From an uncultured Desulfospira sp. (GTDB lineage Bacteria > Desulfobacterota > Desulfobacteria > Desulfobacterales > Desulfobacteraceae): a stretch of DNA of 64,000 nt. The notes beneath the pieces are model-generated. The model ran no database searches. It saw nothing but the letters and a program-made list of their open reading frames with translations, and was not told where the DNA came from. The position numbers and the translations under genes are program-made. Shown here one piece after another: positions 19,804 to 28,400 of this stretch; position 1 is the stretch's first letter; every line of letters begins with the position of its first letter. The stretch spans positions 5,632,001-5,696,000 of the forward strand of contig OY760175.1 of the NCBI GenBank assembly GCA_963663165.1, read 5' to 3'.

Positions 19804-20089
19804 ATACGGCATTAAAGAATTAGAAAACGATTTTGGACCTTTGGCATTTGGCAAAGCGCTTGCTGCCCATAGAAAAGGCGAAGAAATGACCCAGAAGCAG
19901 TTTGCTGATTTTTTAGGCATAACATCATCCAGCCTTTGTGACCTGGAAAAAGGACGAAGAATACCGTCTGTAAAAAGGGCCGCTAAAATAGCGAAAGCCC
20001 TTGGAATGTCAGAAAAAACATGGATTAAATTTGCCATACAAGACATGATCCGTGAGGCTGAACTTGAATATATCGTGTCTGTCGCGTAA
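19793..20089 (+). CDS. XRE-family HTH protein, HigA-like antitoxin
   Basis: MTQKQFADFLGITSSSLCDLEKGRRIPS HTH; GAGG RBS. Confidence 0.85.
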   Translation: MSTEYGIKELENDFGPLAFGKALAAHRKGEEMTQKQFADFLGITSSSLCDLEKGRRIPSVKRAAKIAKALGMSEKTWIKFAIQDMIREAELEYIVSVA

Positions 20090-20523
20090 TACATCATGGC
20101 AGAAAGCCCCGTGGGATGCCCTCCACCAGACTATAGTAAACGGGATTATTCAAACAACCAGCTGTATTTCAAGCCTGGCCCAACACATTCCCAGCCATCA
20201 TCAAGTAATGAGAGCCCTGTGGATCTGAAACTGATATCAGTTTGACGATCAATGATATTAATATTGCCATCCTGGTTGGATTGAAAGGCGACAGCTTCTC
20301 CATTCTTGTGCAACAGTATGAAATTATGTTGATTACAACATTATTTCTTCAAGTTTTCCCCAAGAAATTGCAAATTATTCTGACCGCTGATATGTGAATA
20401 GTCAGTTGATTAATGTATGGAATTCACATTGATTTTTTGACTGGAACCGATGCTAATGAAAAAAGTTGGGAAGGTACGTCTACGCCAATAGTCCCCCTTC
20501 CCAACTCACACAGGATATAAAAT

Positions 20524-21168
20524 ATCCAATATCAATTCGTTAACACATATACGGACATCTGGGAATACAAAGCTGACTTTTCAAACATAAATTTTCAAGA
20601 TTATGTCGGACATCAATGTCTTATCTGTGGGGAAGAAGGTTGCCATAAGCCCATCAGAGAATATTATCGTTACGCCATAGACCTGTTTCCATTTAAAAAG
20701 CAGAAAGTTCCAGTCCCCAGATTCTTATGCAATAAAACGGGTGGAACATTTTCCTTGCTGCCCAGCCAACTGATGCCTTATTGCCAGTACACGGTTGATG
20801 CCGTGATTGGCACCCTCATCAAAGTCTATGACTATCAGCAAATCGGACAAAAAGGATACCATGGCGCCAGCCTTGAACTTTTTCCTGATTGTTCAGTAAC
20901 ACCGTACCTGATCCAGACCTGGGCCGTATTGATAATGGCCGGTTTCCTTCGAGGTCATCATGTCCTCCATGAGAAATACCCCTTACCTGATTCAAAAAAA
21001 CCTGACTCAATGCAGATAATCGCAACGATTTATCTGTACCTCCAAAGCATCTCCGGCTCAGCCAGTCCCAAACCCTGCCAGGTGAAACCGGCCATACTGT
21101 ATCATTTCCACCAAACTGAAAAATTCATATTCGGGCGCTCATCCTGTGACCGCAACCGTCCTCCTTAA
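20524..21168 (+). CDS. Transposon accessory Zn-ribbon protein (DUF6431-like), probable non-canonical ATC start
   Basis: Frame is open from 20521 and contains CLICG...C...RFLC...TFSLLP upstream of the ORF-track start; AGGA lies 8 nt before ATC at 20524. Confidence 0.7.
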   Translation: MQYQFVNTYTDIWEYKADFSNINFQDYVGHQCLICGEEGCHKPIREYYRYAIDLFPFKKQKVPVPRFLCNKTGGTFSLLPSQLMPYCQYTVDAVIGTLIKVYDYQQIGQKGYHGASLELFPDCSVTPYLIQTWAVLIMAGFLRGHHVLHEKYPLPDSKKPDSMQIIATIYLYLQSISGSASPKPCQVKPAILYHFHQTEKFIFGRSSCDRNRPP

Positions 21169-21337
21169 AAAAACACCGGGCATGTTCAGTATTCTGTTGA
21201 CCAGGGCAGCTCCCGGTATTTGGAATGAGATTTTTGGGTATACTCTGACACAGGATTGATAACACCTTTCTTTTCAGTGGGTTAAATTGCCGGTCATGAC
21301 AACGGTTTTTATCGGTAATCTCATTACAGGAGGTGTT

Positions 21338-22597
21338 ATGGACAACGAAACCCGTGAACAAATTGCTTTAATCCGTTACAAGTTGATCAGCCCTGTGTTG
21401 GCAGAGCCGGGAAGGGTACAAAATGAGTACTTTCGATCTCAGGCAGGCAAACACCATGAATTTCCACGCTATGGCAACCGGAAGGTCAAAATATCCACTC
21501 TGAAATCCTGGCTTAAAGCATACAGGAAGCATGGCTTTGAGGGCCTGAAGCCCAAAGTAAGAAACGATAAAGGCAGACCGAGAAAAGCCGGCCCGCAATT
21601 GATGGATGCCATCAGGGTTCAATGCAAAGCCTATCCCTATATTACCGCAAAAAAGCTTCATGAAATGCTTTCACAAAAAGGTCTGATTGGAGACCCGCCC
21701 ATCCATTACAATACACTGCTGCGTATCGTTAAAGAAGAGCAGCTACTGGCTTTCGGGAACAAACGCCGGGATGTGCGGACCAGCTTTGAAACCGATCATG
21801 TCAACTGCCTTTGGATCGGCGATTTCATGCATGGTCCCCTGGTGACTATAAACCGGAAAATGCATAAAGCCATATTGTGTGCGATCATAGATGACCACAG
21901 CCGGATGATCGTGGGACACGCTTTTGCCTCCACTGAGACAGTCCTTTCCCTGACCCTGGTATTGAAGGACGCCTTTCTGGCTTTTGGATTTCCGGAACGT
22001 CTGTATGTTGACAACGGGGCCTCTTTCAGCTCTGATTTCCTGGCCAAAACCTGCGCCTTGTCCGGCATATCACTAATTCACTCCAAACCCTATGATTCAC
22101 CTTCCCGAGGGAAAATTGAGAGGTTCTTTCGCACGGTCCGGGACCGGTTTTTGTCATCCCTTACCGAAAAACTGACACTGGAAGAACTCAACGCTGCATT
22201 CGACAGCTGGCTGCATGACGATTATCACCATAAACTGCATACCGGCATAGACGAACGTCCCATTGACCGTTACCACAGGTCTGTCAGCCATACCAATATC
22301 ACCCGGCCAGCCAAGGCGGAACTGGATGAAATATTTCTTGCCCGGTATGAGCGGGTCGTCAACAATGATTCCACCATCAGCTTTAAGGGGAACATTTTTG
22401 AAGTTCCCACCGCCTATATCCGGCAGCGTGTTGACGTTCGTCATCCAGTAGACGCGGACCAGGAACTGTATCTTTATGATAAGGATATCCGGGTTTGCCG
22501 TCTCAAATTCGTTGATAAACGTCAGAACGCAAGGACTTTTAAGCCCCATCAGGCGCAGGCCACTATTTCTTATGCCAGGGAAAAGGTGCAGAAATGA
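21338..22597 (+). CDS. DDE integrase/transposase (rve core, Mu-transposase-like C-terminus)
   Basis: WIGD, IDDHSR, YVDNG and GKIERFFRT motifs; N-terminal HTH; AGGAGG RBS. Confidence 0.93.
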   Translation: MDNETREQIALIRYKLISPVLAEPGRVQNEYFRSQAGKHHEFPRYGNRKVKISTLKSWLKAYRKHGFEGLKPKVRNDKGRPRKAGPQLMDAIRVQCKAYPYITAKKLHEMLSQKGLIGDPPIHYNTLLRIVKEEQLLAFGNKRRDVRTSFETDHVNCLWIGDFMHGPLVTINRKMHKAILCAIIDDHSRMIVGHAFASTETVLSLTLVLKDAFLAFGFPERLYVDNGASFSSDFLAKTCALSGISLIHSKPYDSPSRGKIERFFRTVRDRFLSSLTEKLTLEELNAAFDSWLHDDYHHKLHTGIDERPIDRYHRSVSHTNITRPAKAELDEIFLARYERVVNNDSTISFKGNIFEVPTAYIRQRVDVRHPVDADQELYLYDKDIRVCRLKFVDKRQNARTFKPHQAQATISYAREKVQK

Positions 22598-23409
22598 AGG
22601 ACATCCTGGCCTGGTACGGCTTTAAACATTATCCGTTCGACAAAGAGATCAAAACCGCTGATGTCGTTGATACGCCGGTTTTTACAGAAACCCTTGCCCG
22701 GTTTGAGTATATGAAACGCAGGGGCGGCATCATGTTATTGACAGGGGACCCCGGCGTGGGCAAAACCACTGCTACCAGGCGGTTTGCTGACTCCCTTAAT
22801 GAAAGCCTGTTCAATGTCATTTATACACCATTGAGCACCCTTAACCGGACGGATATCCTCAGACATATCAATGCCCTGTTAGGATTGCAGAACAGGTTTG
22901 CCAAAAGCGCCAATTATCAACAAATTCAAAAAGAACTTCTCGACTCCAGAGAACATCGGGGACGAACGGTGGTTCTTATTATTGACGAAGCCCATCTGTT
23001 AAAACCCGGAACACTTGAAGAAATAAGGCTGCTGACAAACTTTAAAATGGATTCGTATGATCCCTTCCTGCTCATTTTATCAGGTCAATCCGATTTAAAG
23101 CGCATGATGAACTTTGCCGTCATGGAACCGCTGAATCAAAGAATTAGAATGCGATATCACATGACAGGATTGTCGGAGCAGGACACCAGCAATTATATTA
23201 TGTCACGACTTAAATGGGCCGGCTGTTCAATTCCTATATTTAAAGAGGATGCTTTAGCGGCCATCCGGGAATACTCATACGGTTTTCCAAGGCTGATCGG
23301 GAATATCTGCGAAGAGGCCCTGACCTATGCCATGTTCTGTGACCGGAAAACAGTGGATGCGGACATGATACTAAAAATTAAGATGACAGACGATCTAACT
23401 AGTGCCTGA
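22594..23409 (+). CDS. ExeA-like AAA ATPase, transposition helper
   Basis: Walker A GDPGVGKT, Walker B LIIDEAH, GFPRLI; ATGA overlap with the transposase; last codons supplied by the nested IS. Confidence 0.92.
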   Translation: MKDILAWYGFKHYPFDKEIKTADVVDTPVFTETLARFEYMKRRGGIMLLTGDPGVGKTTATRRFADSLNESLFNVIYTPLSTLNRTDILRHINALLGLQNRFAKSANYQQIQKELLDSREHRGRTVVLIIDEAHLLKPGTLEEIRLLTNFKMDSYDPFLLILSGQSDLKRMMNFAVMEPLNQRIRMRYHMTGLSEQDTSNYIMSRLKWAGCSIPIFKEDALAAIREYSYGFPRLIGNICEEALTYAMFCDRKTVDADMILKIKMTDDLTSA

Positions 23410-25279
23410 CCGGAAACCCCGATTTTGAAATTTTCAGGGGGTCGATGTTTGACAAAACCTTAAATCTTTGTTGTTCCTGTCATCACAAACCGGGAGAAAT
23501 GCTTCCATCTCTGCCGGTTTTCGGCAACTTTCTCCTTTTCCGGACGCAACTGTAGTGTTTGCCGTGTTTTTTTTAAGCAATGGCCTGTTTTAAGCTGCTT
23601 TGCGCTGTTCAGACCCTTGCAGCTTTTTTAATCCCTTTTGTTGTATGTGATGCCCGATGATCTGGAGATTTCTTGCCAAAACCGACAGGCTCACATACCT
23701 CTTAAACCCTTGAATGCCATGATCCGGGCATCTGTCAAGACCATGATTTTCCAGTCCGTTTATGGCAGATTCCACCGCTGAATGTTTTCTTTTAAAACGA
23801 ATGAAATCTTCCGCTGTTTCTTCTTCATATTCCGCCTTGTTGCATCTGCCTTTTTTCGGAAGCACCAAAATATCCAATCTGCCCTTCAGGTCATTTTTGT
23901 TGCCTGGAGAGTAAAACCCTTTATCAAAACTGCATCCTTTGAGATCAGAAAATTTGCTTTGTGCCAATGTTACCATCGCAACGGCGACTTTATCATCGGT
24001 TTCTTTCTCCATCACCCGGTGGTGCAGGATAAAGCCATATTGGTCCTCCAGGATACATACCCGCAAGCCCAATTCCTGGGGAACACCGGCCTTGCCTTTT
24101 GAAATCCACTCCGTGTGGGGTTCGAAAATCGAAAAAATCTTGTCTTCATGGGGGATCTTTTCATCCTGTAACACCCGGCGTTTGATCAAATCAATTTGCC
24201 AAAGTGCGTAGTTGATATATGTTTGTAATTCTTCAGCTCGGGCTGCACATATAATATCGGATGCCGGTATCATTTCCACGGTCAATCGCGCCTTTTGAAT
24301 ATATTTTTCAGCAAGCTTGATATATGCTGTATGGGCATCCATAATTTGCTGGACTCTTTTGGCCTTTTTCTTTTCATCCTTTGATGTGGAATGTTTCAAA
24401 CGCTGGACTATTCGATAAAGCTTTTTAAATGCTTTAATATTATACGCTGATTGCCGCCACATACTCGTTCCAATGTCCTGGCTGATAATAGCGGCAATTT
24501 GAATCATTTTTCGGACTGCATCAAAAAGCAGGTTGATATCTGTGGGATAATGAACATTGGTTTCTACAACGAATGAATCACACCGCCCAATCAAGGCTCC
24601 ATCGTCCGAAGTTTTTTTTTCATCAGAAGTTTATGGCCTTCTTGCACAACCAGAGTGTTGATTTTGTCAAGAATATCTGGGGTCATAAGCCTGACATTAT
24701 CTTTCAGGGTCTGAAGGGGGTAGGCGATATCATTGTCCATCATGCCATGCCCCAGCATCTGCCTTATTGTTTTGTGGTTGTTCACCATTTCCTGGAGTTT
24801 ATCATAATCCCAATTGCAATTGAGCCGAATGACGCCCATTACAAGGATCTTCCACAGGTCCATACCGGGACGTCCATTTTTAGAATCGGTACTTTCTGGG
24901 ATCATGTCCGTGAGGATATCAAAAACTTTTTGTCGAAGACTCTGGTCGCAATAGATATGTTGGAGTCCCAAAAGAAGTTTGGGGATTTCATCCCTGGCTC
25001 TCATATCAATTTTAATTTGATCGATAGGGGTCTGCCCGAATGTCATCTGTAGTTCAAAAATTTTACGCAAAACGACCTCGAAGTTCTGATGGAATGTTGA
25101 AGTTTGAATTACTATTGGCTTGTCTCACAAAACATAAATCCTATATAATTTTATAGGGTTAGATTAACATAGTAATTAGTAAAAAGCAACAAGTAATTCA
25201 TATCACAACAGAAACTTCAAACGAATTTCAGCCCAGATACCCCTGGAAAATATGATGGTTCCAATTTCCGGTCAGGCAC
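23402..25279 (-). mobile_element. Insertion sequence, ISNCY (ISDol1-like), 1878 bp
   Basis: Perfect IRs GTGCCTGACCGGAAA / TTTCCGGTCAGGCAC; 6-bp TSD TAACTA (23396-401, 25280-85). Confidence 0.88.
23590..25070 (-). CDS. DDE transposase in two frames joined by a -1 shift at an A9 run
   Basis: ORF 25070-24591 (MRKIFE...RDEIPKLL) plus ORF 24594-23590 (GRCDSFVVET, SFDKGF, HSAVES); T9 at 24612-24620 on the + strand. Confidence 0.85.
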
Positions 25280-25795
25280 TAACTACAAATTAACAGTTTC
25301 GGTGAAACGGAGTCAGGATATCCTGGGGAGGAAACCTGACAAGGGATAGCCGGAAGCAGGCCGCATTGAATAATGCGCCGGGGGAAGTGGGGAAATCCTG
25401 CTTCCCCTTTCTGTATTATTCAAGTGGCTCTGCCCATGCCTTAAAAAACCCACTTCGGATGAGCGAAGCGAATCCATGCTTAAAAGTTTCGGTCAGGATA
25501 ATCATGTGAAAAGGCGGGTGGACTTCAACCTTTTTTGATAACAGAGGGAACACTTACTGACATTCTCGGTCAAAATTATTGGCTCAACCGAAAACAGCAT
25601 AAAATTCAAATCAACAATTATTGGCCCCTTTTTGAAAGAGCCGCTGTAAGCCTGCTTGTGGATAATCATCCTTATTCATCGTTAATTTGCACACCCGTCG
25701 GGGTTACCGACTCTTGCGGGTTTTCAATTTTCAAAGAAAGAGGTTTTTGACTTCGCCTTGACGGCGCCAGAGTATGCCCTTGTTACGTGAACAAG

Positions 25796-26002
25796 CTAAA
25801 ATATTTTGCGCTTGAATATAATCAAGGAGGCAATGGTCAGCCCGGCAAAAAGAATGGTTTTAAACGGGGCGGACTCTTTTACCGGTGGCGCTGCCGGTCT
25901 GGCCCTTGGTGTTTCCGCCTTTTCAATGGATGGCTCAGGCGGCAGGGTTTCTTCATTTTCTACAGGGTCCGGCTCCAATGTCAGTTTGGCTCGTTTTACC
26001 AT
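25796..26002 (-). CDS. Small ParA-partner protein with C-terminal hydrophobic helix
   Basis: 68 aa; start overlaps the parA stop; basic N-terminus, Pro/Glu linker, TILFAGLTIASLIIF-KRK tail. Confidence 0.65.
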   Translation of the reverse strand: MVKRAKLTLEPDPVENEETLPPEPSIEKAETPRARPAAPPVKESAPFKTILFAGLTIASLIIFKRKIF

Positions 26003-26628
26003 AATTTTTCCTCCAGCCAGTGGAATAATGTTTTGATTTCTAACGCCGCTTTCCCGGTCTTGTCAAACTCGGAAACGGCCCTTCCGTCAATCAGGGAATG
26101 GCTGAACGCCACCCGGTTGGACAGGGCTGTGGGCGCCACGGGCAGACCATAGACCCCCAGCGCATCCCGGGCTTCGGTTACGATGGCGCGCTCTCCTTTT
26201 GGACCGGGGAAGGGGCAGCCATTAAGGACAATTGCCCCGTTTGTGCCTGCCGATTTAACAATGTCAACGGATCTTCTTATGGCCTCAAGGTCCAGGATGG
26301 CCGGCCGGGTGGGGATCAGGACAAGATCTGCAGCCTTGGCCGCTACCAGGGAATCTTCCCGGGAATGGGGGGCGGTATCAATGATCAGAAGGTCGGTGTC
26401 CCGGGCCTGCAAATCCGATATGGCCTGGTCCAGGTCGTGGGATTGGATCCCCAGAACCTTTGGGTACTCAGCTTCCCGCCGTTTCTTCCAGAACAGGGCG
26501 CTTTGCTGGGGGTCCATATCGGCAATAGCGGTTTTTTTGCCGGTGGCCATTGCCAGAACCGCCATATGAATGGAAAGGGTGGTTTTTCCGGTGCCGCCCT
26601 TTTGGGCTAAAAGGGTAAGAATTTGCAT
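25996..26628 (-). CDS. ParA-family ATPase (short, ParF/McdA-like)
   Basis: Deviant Walker A QKGGTGKTT, DMDPQ, IIDTAP; 210 aa with no N-terminal HTH. Confidence 0.9.
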   Translation of the reverse strand: MQILTLLAQKGGTGKTTLSIHMAVLAMATGKKTAIADMDPQQSALFWKKRREAEYPKVLGIQSHDLDQAISDLQARDTDLLIIDTAPHSREDSLVAAKAADLVLIPTRPAILDLEAIRRSVDIVKSAGTNGAIVLNGCPFPGPKGERAIVTEARDALGVYGLPVAPTALSNRVAFSHSLIDGRAVSEFDKTGKAALEIKTLFHWLEEKLW

Positions 26629-26906
26629 GGTCAGGTCCCTTTTGGGGGTTGAGTTTTGGCTTATTACTGTACCTTTTCTTGAACTTTATTGCAATTGCAG
26701 GCTGGGAGAGGAGGAAAGTGGGCAGGTGGGAAAGTGAGAGCGTGAGAATGGGGCGCATAGACAGTGGTGCTGCCGTTTTGTCTTTGGGGTGGAATCCTGA
26801 AGGCGCCGTGAAAACATGTTCTTAAGTTTCTGTTTTTTAAAGGTATGCCTGTTCCAGCGCCTCAGGATGTGTTTTTAAACGTACTAGATTAAGGTCATCT
26901 CTCTTA

Positions 26907-28031
26907 TTATTCACTGCTGCTGGACTTGGTGGCGGTATAGGTCCATGTTCCGCCGCTGTCGGTTTCTTGCGAAACGATTTGGCTGGAAGAATACGAAATC
27001 AGTTGTTCATCGCTGTCAAGGGTCTCTTCAAATGCTGCCTGGGTGGCGCATTCATTTATCCCTAAAAGGTTATCCGAATCATTACTGTCTATGGACTCCA
27101 GGCCACATGTGGCCGCATTAATTTGATCACCGGAGGCATAGGTTGAGGAAATGACGCCGTCCGTTGCGGTCAGGTATACATACGCCGTTGCTGAAACCCC
27201 GGAGCATCCGCTGAATTCTTCAACAAGAACCCATGTCCCTGCCAGGTCAACGCAATCGGAACTGGAAGAGCCTCCTCCGCTGCCGCTGCCCCCGCTGCCC
27301 CCGCCGCTGCTGGTTGCCGCAACGGTTCCTCCGACTACCGCAGCTCCGGCAGCGACAATGCCAACGGTGGCAACAGTGGAAAGCCCGGCTCCGGCGGCCA
27401 CCGTTGCGGTGGTGGCTGTTGCCGCCGCACTGGTGGCTCCGGCTGTGCCGGCCGCCGCACCGGCCCCGGCTGCCCCTGATGAGGCCGCGTAGAGGCCCCC
27501 GGCCACGAGACCGAAACGGGCAGAGGATTCAACTACGTCAATATGGATTGAATCTGAAAAACCGGCCAGTTCCGAGGGGGCTTCAGAAAGTTCCGTTCCC
27601 AGCGTGATGGGCTCATCGGACGGGTCTGTCTGCCATTCCGGAATTTTTTCTCCGGGTTTTACGTCAGTGGAAAAAATCTGGGTTTTGATGACCTGGTTGG
27701 CCTGGTTCACGGTAAGGAATACATACTCTATGCTTCCTGCCTGGTCGGTGGGAGCCGGCAACAGGGCCGTATAGGTGTTTTTGCCCTGGACGTCCATCCC
27801 GGCAAAAATAAAATCGGCCTCACCTTTGGCTCTAAAATAGCACCGGACCGTATGGATCTGCAGTTTATCCTTTACACTCACTTCCACTTTGATCCGTTTT
27901 CCCGGGACCGCATAAGCCAGGGGTTTATGCTTGATTTTGGTAGTGACTTCAACGGGGTCGGCCATAGCTGACACACTGAGAAAAAAAATCATGAAAAGAG
28001 AAGTTGCCAAGGCTGTCAGAGACTTTTGCAT
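26907..28031 (-). CDS. Secreted hypothetical protein with Ala/Gly-rich central segment
   Basis: Signal peptide MQKSLTALA...AMA; beta-rich N-domain; Ala/Gly hydrophobic stretch; Ser/Gly linker; acidic Cys-containing C-domain. Confidence 0.75.
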   Translation of the reverse strand: MQKSLTALATSLFMIFFLSVSAMADPVEVTTKIKHKPLAYAVPGKRIKVEVSVKDKLQIHTVRCYFRAKGEADFIFAGMDVQGKNTYTALLPAPTDQAGSIEYVFLTVNQANQVIKTQIFSTDVKPGEKIPEWQTDPSDEPITLGTELSEAPSELAGFSDSIHIDVVESSARFGLVAGGLYAASSGAAGAGAAAGTAGATSAAATATTATVAAGAGLSTVATVGIVAAGAAVVGGTVAATSSGGGSGGSGSGGGSSSSDCVDLAGTWVLVEEFSGCSGVSATAYVYLTATDGVISSTYASGDQINAATCGLESIDSNDSDNLLGINECATQAAFEETLDSDEQLISYSSSQIVSQETDSGGTWTYTATKSSSSE

Positions 28032-28337
28032 ACAATATTTTCCTTTGTCAAATTTGATTGTTACCACCCCACCCTGCCGAATATCCTCGACCGGGAAGGC
28101 AAATATCATATTGATAAAAAGGCAATTATCTGCCGGGTATTGATTTTTGGCCGAAAAAATGAACGGAACTGCCAAACAAAGGCCTTTTCGTTTATCCACG
28201 CCTGGGTTTTGTAAGACAAGAATCCAGTTGTTGTCAAGACATAAATGGGTGCTTTCCACAGGCAGATATCCTTTGCCTTGAACGTAAAACCAGCCAATTG
28301 GATCTTAATCCCGAATGTGGTTTGCAACCGCATCAGC

Positions 28338-28400
28338 AGCATACTTTTGCTATGTGAGAAGGCCTGAATGAGCGAAGATGGGGCACTGCTGAACAGTTAC
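28338..28400. mobile_element. Right-half fragment of IS66-type MITE
   Basis: agcatacttttgctatgtgagaaggcctgaatgagcgaagatggggcactgctgaacagttac matches the 3' part of 63796-63948. Confidence 0.85.

Larger units (their letters stand above)
20327..25616 (+). mobile_element. Three-gene transposon (Zn-ribbon protein + Mu/Tn552-like DDE transposase + ExeA-like AAA ATPase) carrying a nested IS
   Basis: Ends TGTTGATT...AATCAACA; 4-bp TSD ATTA (20323-26, 25617-20); internal inverted motifs ATWATYYTGACCG at 20374-86, 25490-502 and 25567-79; excision restores an ORF. Confidence 0.85.
20146..25679 (-). pseudogene. 79-aa hypothetical gene interrupted by the transposon
   Basis: Joining 25679-25621 to 20326-20146 gives a 240-nt open frame, MNKDDYPQAGLQRLFQKGANNFILLHKNGEAVAF...GWECVGPGLKYSWLFE*. 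Confidence 0.75.

Noticed and set aside
20393..23487. Alternative transposon ends TGTGA...TCACA
   Set aside because: No TSD, and the right candidate lies inside the nested IS; ends at 20327/25616 restore an ORF.
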